Source: Nageia nagi
Lineage: Eukaryota; Plantae; Pinophyta
Length of the DNA: 64,000 nt
Direction: 5' to 3'
Assembly: GCA_050084985.1 (NCBI GenBank)
Contig: JBITNC010000002.1
Span: 18,910,001-18,974,000 of the forward strand
Shown in pieces: positions 1 to 13,105 of this stretch. The position numbers and the translations under genes are program-made. The notes under the pieces were generated by a model. The model did no database searches. It was not told where the DNA came from and saw only the letters and a program-made list of their open reading frames with translations. Position 1 is the first letter of the stretch; each line of letters opens with the position of its first letter.

Positions 1-2929
1 TCAACCCATAATAGAAGGATGGCATATAAAAGAGAATAAATACTCAGTCTACAATATGGATCAAAGAATGTAAGTAGTTCAGGTTTGGTTTGAGAAACTA
101 TAGAAAAGGAACCAAGGAGGATGGAGCTAAATGAAAGTAGATACCATTGAACCCATAAATACTAATAAAGCCTTAGATTAAAGGATGGATTTTTCATTAA
201 TATTTGTTTAGTTTTGTTATACATTATTATTGTGTAGTCTAAGGATTTTAGAATAGGGTCAAGATTAATTATGTTAGTGATGTAAAGTTGAGAATAATTT
301 TATGTGTGTGTGTTATATATATATGTAATTTTTTGGGAGATATATTTTGGCTATCAACATACTATGAATGGGTAGTAGGTCCATTTAAAACCCATTCATT
401 TTTTGATAATATGTTTAACTTTAATATTAAAAATTTACTTTCAATCATTTATTTAAATTTAATTTATATTTATAAAATATAAGCATTTGCTAATAATCAT
501 GCATATAAAAGAAATTAGAAGATTAAATACACAACCCTAGACATACACTAATATCTCTTATATCCTTTTTATATGCTCTGTTAAACATCATAAGTTTTTT
601 TCTTTTAGATAAGAAAATTTTTATTAGGTAATTAGGGTGGTTTCATCTTTTAATGGTTTATATTATGATGTCTTTTTCTTAAATAACCATTCTCTATTCT
701 TAAGTTGAAATACTAATTTACATCTTTTATAGTTGAACTTTGGTCAATTCATTATGATACTATCATTTCTCATCTTCTATTGGTGTAACTATTCCTTAGG
801 TAAATTGTATCATAAAAATATATTTACTTGTTCCTCTCAACATAATCTTCATTTTATTATTAATTGCCAAGTTATTTCTTTCTTGGTTTCTTTATAGCAT
901 AAAGTTATACATTAAATATATAAATTCATTAATAATCTTAATAAATTAAAACTTAGGTAAAATAATTTTTTATTTTCATTTTATTTGATGGATTAATCTT
1001 GGTGGACTCTGCCTTTAATTCTTAATGTGTATCCATATGTAATGAAAAAATCCTTGATTTAGCTAAGTATATCACCAATTCTTAGCATAAACAAACAAAT
1101 ATCAAATAAAGGATTTAATTTCAAAATATACATTTTTTATTTTTACCAAATTATTTTTTTATCTAAATAAAAATTACTTCATGAATTTAAAAGATAAATC
1201 GTAATATTGAATAAATCACATAAATATCAAATCTATATAGAGATTTAATTTTGAAAACCCTTTTGGGAAAAACCATGGATGAAAAATTTATTAGTTATTT
1301 GATTGGAAAAATAATCAAGTAATTATAATTTGTCCATAATTTTCTCAATAATTATGAAGATAAAATTCTACAAAATGATATACCAAAATTTGACTCTGTG
1401 AAAGTAATATTTTGATATGGAAATAAAATATTTTACAAGAAAAAGTAATTTACACTTATATAGTGATAATTTTTGAATTTTTTTAGTCACTCCTAAAATT
1501 AGAGTAGGTAGGAGCTAAGTTAACATTAACATTAATGATGTCTAATACACTTTACAATTTAACAATGAAATAATATTAAATAACAATAGTCCAAAGTACC
1601 TCAATTAATATATTAGCATGTAAATCAAAGACTTAGATTATTGGATCAGAGCTATAAATAACCAAGCTTATTGAGAAAGATATTTATAAATATATATACT
1701 TTTCATATTACCTTGATGATTAAGGTGATATGCAAATTAAAACTTATTGATAATGTAGATCTCAAAATTGTGAACCTTTTAGATATATAAGTCAAAATGA
1801 CATGCATCCATGCTAGAATGTGTGCCCACATTCAAGGCAACATTTGTACCATGATCCCTATATTATAGCATTCACAACCATTATCTAACAATAGTATAAT
1901 GATTGATAAGCCTAATCTAGCATATAATAGCAAAATAGTAGATTGACAAAGTTCATTTGATATCAAATCTCAATATTAATAAGTGGTAATTAAGAATATC
2001 TAAAAGTAGTAATTGAGTGTGACTATCAAGAAAACTACTCAAGAAAACTCCCACAACACATGTCTAGAGGCTACCATCAATGCTCAGATACCTTGAACAA
2101 AAAGGGAGAAAATATAAATAAGAGGGTGTTCATAATGGTCAGTTATAAGATATAACATGTATGAATCTAATATAAATTAATCTTAATAAGTAAACCTAAG
2201 GGTGGATAAAATTAGGTGTCAATAAATTCCATCCTTTGTAAATTTAACAAAATAAATTATAATTATGTTTGAAAATGAAAAAAAAAGAGAGAAAAACTAA
2301 TACTCTCATATTCTTCCCATGAGGCTTTGATATCATCAATGTTTGATGATATTTTCCCCCTTATATTTGGATTGATTGTGAATAAGTGAACTTCTTAACC
2401 AATCAAAATAATCACATGCAAATAGTGACCTATTAATGGAGAGATAGAAAATAACTTCTTCCAAAATATACATGGGATCATTACTTAAACATATAGAAAT
2501 AACAATTAGAGCAATAATTAACATCATGTGTATGAATAATAATATCATGGAAATAATCAATTCCCTATTCATAGATAATAAGAATCATAGCATAACTAAG
2601 CATATGATTGATGGACTTGTGTAATAACATTCCATCTCAAAAGATATAGCAATAAAGAGTAAGGATGGAATCAATAAAATATGCATACATCATCATGGAA
2701 GTAAAAAATACTCTATTCCTAGATATATAATTTCATATTAGGAGTTAATGCCCCATTCATGAATTCAAATATATAATCAAAGAGAATAATTATAGTGGTG
2801 GTTAGTTTATACCTAGCTAACAAAGTAATCATAACATACGAGCATCACATCATCATTGAAAAAAAATGATACCGCAATCATGGATGCACATCATCATAGA
2901 AGAAAATAATGTGTCTTTTTTGGATGGTT

Positions 2930-3110
2930 GATGATTATTTATGCATCCACCCAACAAGGACTAAATAGTTTAACATGAAGCAAATAGAAAAAATGAGAGT
3001 GATGGTTATTTATATATGTATCCATCAAACAAGCAATAAATGGTTCAACTTGAAGCCGATAGAAATAAAAGAGAGTGATGGTTATTTATATGTCCACCCA
3101 ATAAGTACTA
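2930..3110. repeat. Degenerate ~72-bp tandem repeat, about 2.5 copies
   Basis: GATG(G/A)TTATTT..T(A/G)T..CCA(C/T)C.AA.AAG recurs at ~2931, ~3001 and ~3077. Confidence 0.7.
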
Positions 3111-3871
3111 TTTAAACATGCCTCATCATGATTGGTACTATTAGTATTGATAGGTTCTAGTAGAAGCAACAAAATATCATAAATGTCATAAGATCATAAA
3201 GTGCATATGTAGATAAATGATTGGTTCAATTTTATAACTTATAAAAAATATATCATAACATGATCATATCAATATGCATATCATATCATCATAAGTGATC
3301 ATAATATCATAATCATAAATTATTAAAAGAGATATTTGTTCTATCAAAATGCTTGGATTCATGCCCCTAGATCTTGAATTTTGATTCCATTTGTAAAAAT
3401 GCCCTAGTGCTAATGCCACTGGTAGCATTGATATTGAGTATTCTCAAAAAATATCATTGAAATTCTTATCTTTAAGTTTCAATATCTTATATTGAATTTT
3501 TTGCATAATCCAATCCAACTTATTTGTATTTGATATTCCTCTAAATTATTTAACTTATCCACAAGACATTGAACATCCTAATGCTAATGTTAGCGTAGGC
3601 ATAAATACTATTGGTAGCATCTATCTTAAGATTATAACATAACTAGGTCACAAAATTTTGAAAGGTTTCTTATCTTGCAAAGGATATTACCATTTTAATA
3701 AATTTTAATATTTATAATGTTAATGTTTTAAGTACATGTAGTACATATTGATATTTGTATCCTAATTTAGTTTTAAATATCACAAATATCACCTCATTTG
3801 GTCACAAATTCTATTTCTATTTTTTCTATGGTGTGAACAAGTTGCTCAAGTATTATATTAAATATCAAAGG

Positions 3872-4424
3872 TGTTGGATGAGTATTGTTCATCAATTGGT
3901 ATTTATTTACCTTCAACATTATCATTTTTTCACCCTAATTCATTGAGAATTAAGCTCATGGAGGAGGAAAACCATGTATCATTCCTTATGCATCATAATA
4001 TGATTTTGACTCACATTTTAAGTTTTCTATGCCTTAAATTTATTTATTTCACGTGTGATGTGATCTTCATAATTGTATTTTTTACAACCATTATCTACAT
4101 CACAGGTTTTAGAGTTAGCACCTAGGGCTTTTTCATTTTGTTAAGATCTTGGGTGTGTGGATTCACTAATAGGTTAGCCTTTTGGTCTAACAATTTGTAA
4201 CATTTTTGTATTAGAGCATGCCATATATACCAAGTTTGAATCCTTGAAAAGGGCTACCATAGAAAGGGTTACGTAGTGAATACTAGAGTGAGAACCACCA
4301 TGAGTGAGAGCTACCATGAGTGAGATCCATCGAGGATGTTAGATGCAAAGTATGGTGGAATATTAAGATCTTAGGTGTGTATATTCACTAATAGGTTGGC
4401 CTTTTGGTGTAATAATTTGTAACA
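3872..4424 (+). mobile_element. Small TRIM-like or internally deleted LTR element
   Basis: ~62-bp direct repeat 4141-4202 / 4363-4424 ending TTTGTAACA. The first copy is followed by a decayed tRNA-Met PBS (TTGTATTAGAGC, ~4206-4217). TGTT(G/A)GATG starts at 3872 and 4337. No TSD seen. Confidence 0.5.
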
Positions 4425-4730
4425 CATTTTATATGTTTTCATCTTAATATTGCATTAATTTTACAAATTTCACCATGGAATTGTAGTTTCATCCCATGCC
4501 CCTAATTTAATAGGAAAATAGACAAAAAGTGCCCAACATAGGTATTGGTGTGAATGATAACATTAACATGGTATTCCATATGTGTGTCTAGTGCAATGTC
4601 TTGTAATGTCTAATGATGTGTTTATCATAATTACAAAAAATTTTATTTTCATAAATTTTAAGAATTCAATGCCAAAATAAAAACTAATATATACCTCATG
4701 TGTTTATGCATACAATGTAGTCAACATCTA

Positions 4731-5750
4731 ATGGAACCTAATCCTCGAAGCAATAACTATATTAAGATGCAAACATAGTATTAGAAGCTCAACATTGAGG
4801 ATCTAGCTTTGTTGTATCAAACTAGTATGTGTTATCTTCTAAATGCACCATATTATAGGATAGATAAGAAAATGCCCATGTCACTTATGGGAAGATGGTC
4901 TAAAACCACCAATACATGTCACCTTCATACAAGTGAAATTACCATTACCCTTAAGAATATTTATAATATTCTTTGTGTGTTGGTTAAAGGTATGGTTGTA
5001 AAAATTAAGGAGGGTTTAATAAATAAGTTAAAATCTAAGTTGGTGAGATCCCATATAGGTATGGATGAGTATCATAAAGGAAATAATGGTTCTTATTTAC
5101 ATAGGGCCCTAAAAAATGTGAAAAAGGTTAAACATGTGACACATCTTTCATTTATGGCATTGCATACTGAGATAAATATCATGAGGTCTTTTCATTAGGG
5201 CTCATTCATATGGTACAAGGAATGTGTAATGGTATTAGGTATGCATGGGCTCCATGCATATTGGCACAACTATAATATGACATGTAAAATTTTGTTATGA
5301 TATAAAACACATATAGAAGGATAGCCCAATCATTTATGCTACAATGTTGGGCTCATGAACAAATAAAAAAATTTAACCTCTAGAACTACCTATTACACCT
5401 ACTAGTTAATGTAACCCTATATCATATTGATGGGCTAAACGTGGAAAGAAAATGAGGCAAAAAGACATTGAAATATGGAGGAGGGAGATGGAAAATCTCA
5501 TCCTAGGGAATGTAACATATCATCCCTATGAACTTATTAATTAGGAGGATGAACCTAAAGATGAGTTAAGTTGAAAAAATGCCTTATTACTTATAGACAT
5601 AGAGGAGTTTCGTAGAACCCTATGGACCTAACAAATTTATGAGCTAGTTAAAGTGATAATAAATCATTTCAAGACCATGTAAGCTAGCTAGTTGTATAAA
5701 TAGGACTACATAGGATATTCGATGCTACAACACATGAAGCATTTCCCAAG
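4731..5750 (+). pseudogene. Plant mobile domain (aminotransferase-like, MAIN/MAIL-type) ORF relic, TE-borne
   Basis: ORF 4809-5198 reads SLMGRWSKTTNTCHLHTSEITITLKNIYNIL, matching PMD ALxERWxxETxTFHLPxGEMTxTLxDV. Downstream RYAWAPCILAQL (5237) and LQCWAHE. Multiple stops and frameshifts. Confidence 0.75.
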
Positions 5751-8700
5751 TGAAAAGTTGATTGGAAAATCCCTCAAGATAATGGTTTAGGAAGTGACAT
5801 GAAGGATGAGGATTAGGTTAGGGATGGTCCTTAGTTTGATTAGGCCTACATTGATTAGTGGTTCACTACATAACCTAAGGGTGAAAGTAAACTAGGTAAG
5901 GAGGATGAGGATCAACCCATGATGGATGAAGAAGAAGAAAAGGACCTACTAAGAAGTAGGGACAAAGACATGAAAAGTAAATAAACTCAAGAAAACTAAG
6001 AGGAGGAGGATAACCCCAAGCCTAAGATTCCATAATTTATCCCATTATCTCATGTACAATAGTTTTTAGAGAATCATATTGTTATAAAAGATTTCATTTA
6101 CTTGCAAGTTAGTATCCATTTTTACAATTTCCAACTAATAAAATCTAATATAAACCTTTATTATGTTATTTCTCAAACTAAACTTGATCTAGAGGCTAAA
6201 AATATGGAAAAGGAAAATATTGAAGATGAAATCATATAACTAAAAAGAATAGTTGAGTAAAAAGAGGTAGAAAATGAAGAAATGAAACATAAGATCAAAT
6301 ATCTTGAGAAACAACATGAGGAAATTCAAAATATAGAGGAAGATAAAGGAAGCAACAACATCCTTGGGATCATGAAAGAGACATTGAAGAATATAAATGA
6401 AACCCAAGACTTAATGCAAGAAAATGATAAATTATAAGGGATAGTTACTTTCCTTAAATGAGCAAACATGGATGAGGAAGCCTAGTATATCTAGGAATAG
6501 GTCTAAAAGTATGCACTTTATATGGTTTGAAAGTAGGATCACTAGTCATAATAGTGTCATGGGAAAATGACCCTATTAGCACCTATGATAAACATTTTAG
6601 TGCTTTATATTAATGAAAAATGACCTCTTTTTATCCTCAAGGTATTTTGTTTATTATATTATGTATTCACCATTGATTTTCTAACTATGTATGTAAAACT
6701 GTAAATATGTTCATGAATTTTATATGCAATACCCCCTAAACAACTTAAAATTAAATTTTAACAATGTTTACCAAACCAACACTTCCTTAAAATGATCCTA
6801 GTATGGCACTAGGGATGCTAAGGGAAAATGACACTAAACTTAATGCACAACATTATAATTATATTTTGATTTGAAATTTTATATATTTTTTGGAAAATGC
6901 ATCATAATGAATATAATGATAAAATTAAACTTATAAGACCTAATGAAAACCAGATCAAACAAAATGACTCAATGCCATGAAAATACACCCCATCTAACTA
7001 TAAATAGCATAATAATCTAACTCTATGCATAAAAATCCTAAACAATACCAGCACCAACCCTGATATATTAACCACCAACCCTTTAGGATATAAGCTCCTG
7101 ACCTTATTTAAAATATCCTTCAAAGATAGTTCAACCATAAAAATTTAAATCATAAGAAAAAATAGACAAACTGATCAAATAAAATTGATCAAAAGTTGGC
7201 AAGCCAAGGTTTTTCTATTTCCAATCATGAAACTATGATCAAAATAAAGTAAATTATATACACATGCAGGCCAATAATGAACGTAATCCTTATTTTATAA
7301 ATAAAAAAATCATTGTGTTAACATTGGCTTAAATGTAAAAGCTAGTATAAAAAGCATAATCAAAATAAAATACATACAAAAAATACAATTAAATGACTTC
7401 ACTATTATTTTCAATAGAAAAATAAAAATCACAAATATAGTCACTCAAAAATAATGGTACTAATAGTGCTAATGCTAAGATTAAAAAGGAAAATATAAAA
7501 ATAAAATTACATAATATTTAATAATAACAACAACAACAACAATAACACTTATCAAATGTCATACCTTTTTATTGAATATATTTGTATCCATTTTCAAAAT
7601 TGATTGATTAATCTATAGCCTTAAAAATTTTGAAAAAGGATTCTTGAAAATCACCATATTCTTTTCCTTATCATGTTGAGGTCCTTGAAGCTTATTTGGT
7701 TTCTCCTTCCTATTATTATTATCCATGGCATCCTTCTTGTCCTTTGGTGTATGAAAAATAACTTTGCCCTTACTAATTAATTTTATTATCTTATGGAGAA
7801 GAGGTATGCAATATTAAGTTGCATTCCCCTTTGTTGATGATACTCACATAATTAATTAGTCTTGCATTCACTCAATACCCCACCTTTGAAGGTGGTTGAG
7901 ATATGGATGGAGCTGATTTCTAAAGAATCTTTGTTTTGAAAAAATGTTTTACCACTTCATTTATATATTAATAGGAAAGGATTGAAATCTTGTATATAAT
8001 GATTTTTCTTTCATCTTTTCTTCAACTTTTACTTCCTCTTTTATTTGAATTGGCTTCTTTTCCTCTCTCTTTTTCATGTTGAATCAACTTTAACCACCAT
8101 ATTAGCTTCCTTTTTAGTCTTGTCTCTATACCTTAGTTGTGTTTCTAGTGGTATATTCTCTATTTTCAATAATTTTATTCAAAAACTCATCTAATGGAAG
8201 CTTTAGATAATCAAAAAATATTTTCTTATATTTCTATTGCAAAGAATCCACCAAAGCCATAATCTTAATATTATCCTTCATATATACTTGAATAGTATTC
8301 TTTATACAATATTTCATAAATACTTTCATTGATTGTCTCTCTCTTTTCTTAATATGCATCAAATCATTAAATGTGATCTCCTTTAGAATGATCATTTCAT
8401 ATAAGTTGATGAATGCCCTCTTAAGCTACAAAAAATCCTAAATACTTCCATGCGGTATCTTGTTAAAACATTTAAGAACTCCTAAAAATATTTAATACCT
8501 TCAATGAGTAAGAAGTTTCATTCCTAAAAATATGCACATGCAATATTATTATATGCCTTGTTATGATCCAAAATGGATATGTTGGTTGATCTATTTAGGA
8601 TAAAGAGTTATCCTAGAGATTTTTGTGCTTGGAGATTAGTTGAAGCTTGAAATTTGGTAGCTTGATCTCATAGGAAGGATAGCATCAATTTCATAAGTCT

Positions 8701-11700
8701 TTTAATGAAAAAATGTTTCACAAAGAAGTTGTGCATAATCCTTTCAATGAACCTCTACATCATATAAAATATAAAATGATATTAAGACATATTTTTCATA
8801 AAAAACCTATGGTGGAAGGGTTATGCATGAGAAATCACATGACATGATCTAGAATCCTTGATATGTGGCAACATACTTGGTTCCATTAATTGATATTTGT
8901 TAATGCTATTTATCATATCAAGATTTTGTTATACTCTAAATATTATATTCTTGTAATCTTACATATAATCATGTGCAATAACCCTAGCTTCAAGGAGGTG
9001 TCCTTGATGATGACCAAGGCTTTAACATTTTTTGGAAAAGACACCAAGTAGTGATGCTCTATGCCATATTGTAGTGCTCTATGAAGGCTAAGTTAGTGGT
9101 CCCCTTTAATGGGAAGGGTTAGTCATCAACCTCTTTGGATTAATTATTGCTTGCAATCATCATGTTAGGCAAAGTAACATGTTTGTATGTTTCTTAAATC
9201 TAGGTTTAATAGGTTAAGGTTGATTGAGCATCTTTAATCATTGTCATATTCCATATTAAATTACTTGGATTGTGATATTTTTGAATTTTATTACTTATTA
9301 GTTGTAATTCAATATAATAAAATGACCCTAATAATTGTATTATTTTAGTTACAATAACTATTATTAAATATTACCAGTGAATCTTCTCCTACCAAGATCT
9401 TTCCAATCAAAAAATATTGTACAAGAATATATTGTAGTTATTTTTATTACCAACATTACTTTATGAACTTATGACTTAATATTTTACCTACCTTCTTCCA
9501 TATTAGAAATCTATCAAAATGGTAAAAATAACATCTCTACCTAGCATCTATGAACAACTAGTCAATTGTCATTTTGTTGATAATTTTCTCTTCATCATAC
9601 TAGAAGTTAGGGTATCATTCAAATGGGTAACACATTTATTAGATATATTTTATCGAGTATTTGAAATTTATAATAGAACAAAAAAAGAACCTCTTCTATT
9701 TCCATTCTAACTCTATTCTTAAATGACTTTCTCACTTCTATCTAAAATGGATTGAAGTAGGGAAAATATTAAAAAAAAAATCAAGATCTCTTTATTATTT
9801 AAGGGTTCTTCCTGTAATCTTTAGAATTATGTTATTTAAATTGTACAATTTAAACTATCTTACTATATAAGGAGTCTTATTTTTTTAAGAAAATTTTAAA
9901 TTTTATCAAATGTCTTAGCTATTGTATATTTCCAATTCTTTTCCTATAAATGCCTTTCAAACCATATTACTAAAAATTTAAAATATTACTTCAAGAATTC
10001 CTATTATAAAGGTTGTCATAAGGAAAAGGAGTTTCATATAATTTTTTGGAACTTCCCTATCTCCCTACATAATTTTGAGGTATAGGTCTCGCAAACTATA
10101 ATTACAAAAAAATAATTTTCTTTTTTTATTAAACCAGGTAAATTGAAATTAATAAAAAATAAGCCAATGTTTTGAAAGGGCCTCTAGAAACCTTGCATAA
10201 TATTCCTTTGTACCATAGTAAAAAATATAACACATATAGTATACAAAATGAAGCATACATCAATACTTCAGTACAAAATGTAGCATTCTTAAATATCATA
10301 AAATTTAGCATGTAATACATAATCCATAAAAAAATATTAAAAAATGTAGCACATCATAGATAATAAGGTTTCTAATAATAATTCTAGATAACTATTTTGA
10401 AAAATCATTTTACAACAAACCCAAAAAATGCTAAAGAAGAACTCCATTTAAGCCTAAAAATCCCGTGTCCTCTAGCACCCATGTTGTTTGAAAGATGAAA
10501 CTCTTCCTCATTCTAAATATGACCTTTATGATTCATATTTCTAGTGCTATGATCTTCTATCCTAATAAATCATTTTGTACATATCCAAAATGTAGCAAAA
10601 AAGCTTCATTTGAGACAACATCTCCATGCCCTCCAACACGTAGTGCTATTTGAAAGATAAATCTTTTGCCTCATTTCAAATTTGTATTCCATCATTCATT
10701 TACTAGCTTTATGAATCCCAACTCTTAGTTTGAGTTATCTTATGCCATCAAAAATATAGCTACTGTAGAGCATGAGAGTTGAGATTTGCTTATAAGTGAT
10801 GGCCTATAACAAAATTCCAAGGTTTCCCCCATAGATCTGAGAAGCTCATAAGGGTAGTAGAGCAAATATCTACTTTCATGTATTGTCCTATAGTAAAACC
10901 CCAAGGTTTCCCCTACAAATATGATAATCTCTTCATACAAATTAATATTTGAGTGCATATTGTCTCTTCATATGAGTCATAAGAAATAATAATAACCTTT
11001 TTTATTGTAATTTAGGTATTGAAAATGTAGTAGGTCCCACTTTCATCATGTAAGATAATGGATTTGAGCCCTCATTATTCTAATATGGGTGTTCAAAAAT
11101 ATAGTAACTCCATTGTGGGTCTTGAAATCACAGTGAGCCATCTTCTATGGGTAGTGGACACAACTGCATCTACCAGGCATAAGGTTTTCAAATCTAACCC
11201 CCACATGAGTAGAGATATTTAGACACTCAATATCTTCTACCTTCCCTTAAAATTAGAAATCATAAAAAGGGATGGATTCCCCTCCCCCAAACCCCCTTGT
11301 TTGTTACCTTATGCATTTGAACAAATTCATCTCCTTTGTTATTGAAAGCATTTGTAAGGCTAATAAGTTTGTAATCACTAGATCAATTGGATAGGAAATG
11401 GATTCAAGAATGGACTATATATTGATTATTTATATATTTGATGTTCCCTAACACTAAAATTCTCTAACATTCTATTTGTCTATGTCCCTTGAAACCATGT
11501 TAAAAAAAGTGAAGCATCATATTTTTAATTTTAAAAATATATTTTGTTGTTAATCAAGATATTAGATATCTTGATATCTTGATAAGCACTAACTTCTTTT
11601 TTATACTTATCAACTCAAAAGAAGAAATTTTTTAAGTAATAAGAAAACTATACCTTTAAATTATGGTTTAGAAGATTGATGCGTATTACTAAAAAGAATG

Positions 11701-12671
11701 GTGGAAGCTAGAGAAGTTATGATTTCACATACCAACTACTCTAACTAGGAAAGCTAAATTAGTTTAATCTTGGCTCGCTATGCATCTTCCAATGAAAAGA
11801 CAATTTAATGACACATTGGAGATTAATTCACCCAAATTCATCTATTGTTTATTCTTTTAAATATTTGGGTGTCTTATCTAGAAACTAAATAGGTATGTTT
11901 TACTTAAAGATTAAAATGTAAAGCATTAGTTATTGGTAGCTATCTCACACACATTGGAATTACATGCTCTTTTTCTCTTTATACCATTCTCCATAAAATA
12001 ATAAATATCTCTTTTGTAGTTGGATTAGATACAAGGATACTTGGAGATGGATATCTTTTTTTTCTAGTCCTTTCTTCCATGATAGTTATCTTAGCAATAA
12101 ATCATTCTAAGAGATGTCCTTGAATTTCTTTCTCCTTTACGAATGTTCCTTTTTCTCTTTCCTTAGCTTCTCTTTGTTTTAGTATGTATGAAAATGTTAC
12201 TTTTATTAGTAGTGTTTTACTTCAAATTTATATGCAAGTGAACAATGTGGTAATGAAGTTAGCTTTTCACATTAATCTTACTAACCATAAAGAGAATGAC
12301 CCTAACACAATGAGATATTTTATGTTGAACCTTCCCCTTTAGAAGCAAGTATAGGTCATGTTAATATCATCACCATATGACCTTTCAATGTTATAGAATG
12401 CCACCATATTAGTGTTCAATATAAAAGTGTTCACTTAGCCCTTAGGTTTCTTTATTGATTAAAGTAGTAATATTTAAAGTAGTGGTTCAAATGTACAAAT
12501 AAAGTAACCAAAGGGAGTTACTGGGTAGATAGACAATCAACCACATAAAATGGATAAGGTTGTGTGGGTAATCCCCACTCAAGAAGAAGGTGTCCTTTGA
12601 TAAAAATGGGGACCTCCTTGTGTTCTTCATTGCTTAACATTTAAAGTCTTGAATTCTTAAAAAGTTAAGAT

Positions 12672-13020
12672 ACTTTTATAGGTATTTATCCATCCACTTT
12701 TATAGTTATTTATCCATCCACACTTTGATTTTCTTGTAAAATTGTTAATATAATATAGTACCCATGGAAAAAGGAAAAGAAAAGCAAAAAGTAGAGGATA
12801 ATAAAATTGACAAGATTTGCATGGAGGTACATTTTGGTCCTTTTAAATTTCGTATAGTGTTTATAATCTTAAAGGTCAAGGATGTAGGTGGATAGGGCGA
12901 GCCAAACATTTTCCGCACAGATTTTTGGGCGGTGGCGAAATCATTATTTTAACTTTCCACTCAACCGTTATCCAGGTTGACTTGTGGGAAGCTCTCGTTC
13001 AACACGGATATATATATATC
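12672..13020 (+). promoter_or_regulatory. MYB proximal promoter: TATA-like box ~13009-13019, W-box cores and MYB-type sites
   Basis: TATATATATAT ~95 bp before the ATG, CAACCGTTA at 12962-12970, TTGACT at 12977, GGTCAA at ~12874, and a 24-bp tandem duplication carrying TATCCAT twice (12672-12719). CpGs reappear from ~12850. Confidence 0.5.
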
Positions 13021-13105
13021 TATCAGCAGAAAACACTCAAAAATGGTCTCCAACGAATTGGTTGATATACAGCTCTCTAACAGCAAAGTTCAGAATTTAG
13101 TAAAA

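Larger units (their letters stand above)
1540..8800 (-). mobile_element. Decayed Ty3/gypsy Tat/Ogre-like LTR retrotransposon relic (3' LTR region, 3' tandem repeats, antisense PMD ORF, gag remnants)
   Basis: LTR-terminus motif AAAATTAGGTGTCAATA ending at 2224 (decayed TGTTGACACC.. on the minus strand), the same motif as the LTR at 41583-42358. Tandem repeats at 2930-3110, PMD relic on +, and gag-like remnants on - at ~7600-8750. Outer boundaries are approximate. Confidence 0.5.

Noticed and set aside
9757-10068. MITE with GTAGGGA...TCCCTAC termini
   Set aside because: Only 7 bp of perfect inverted match and no convincing TSD.
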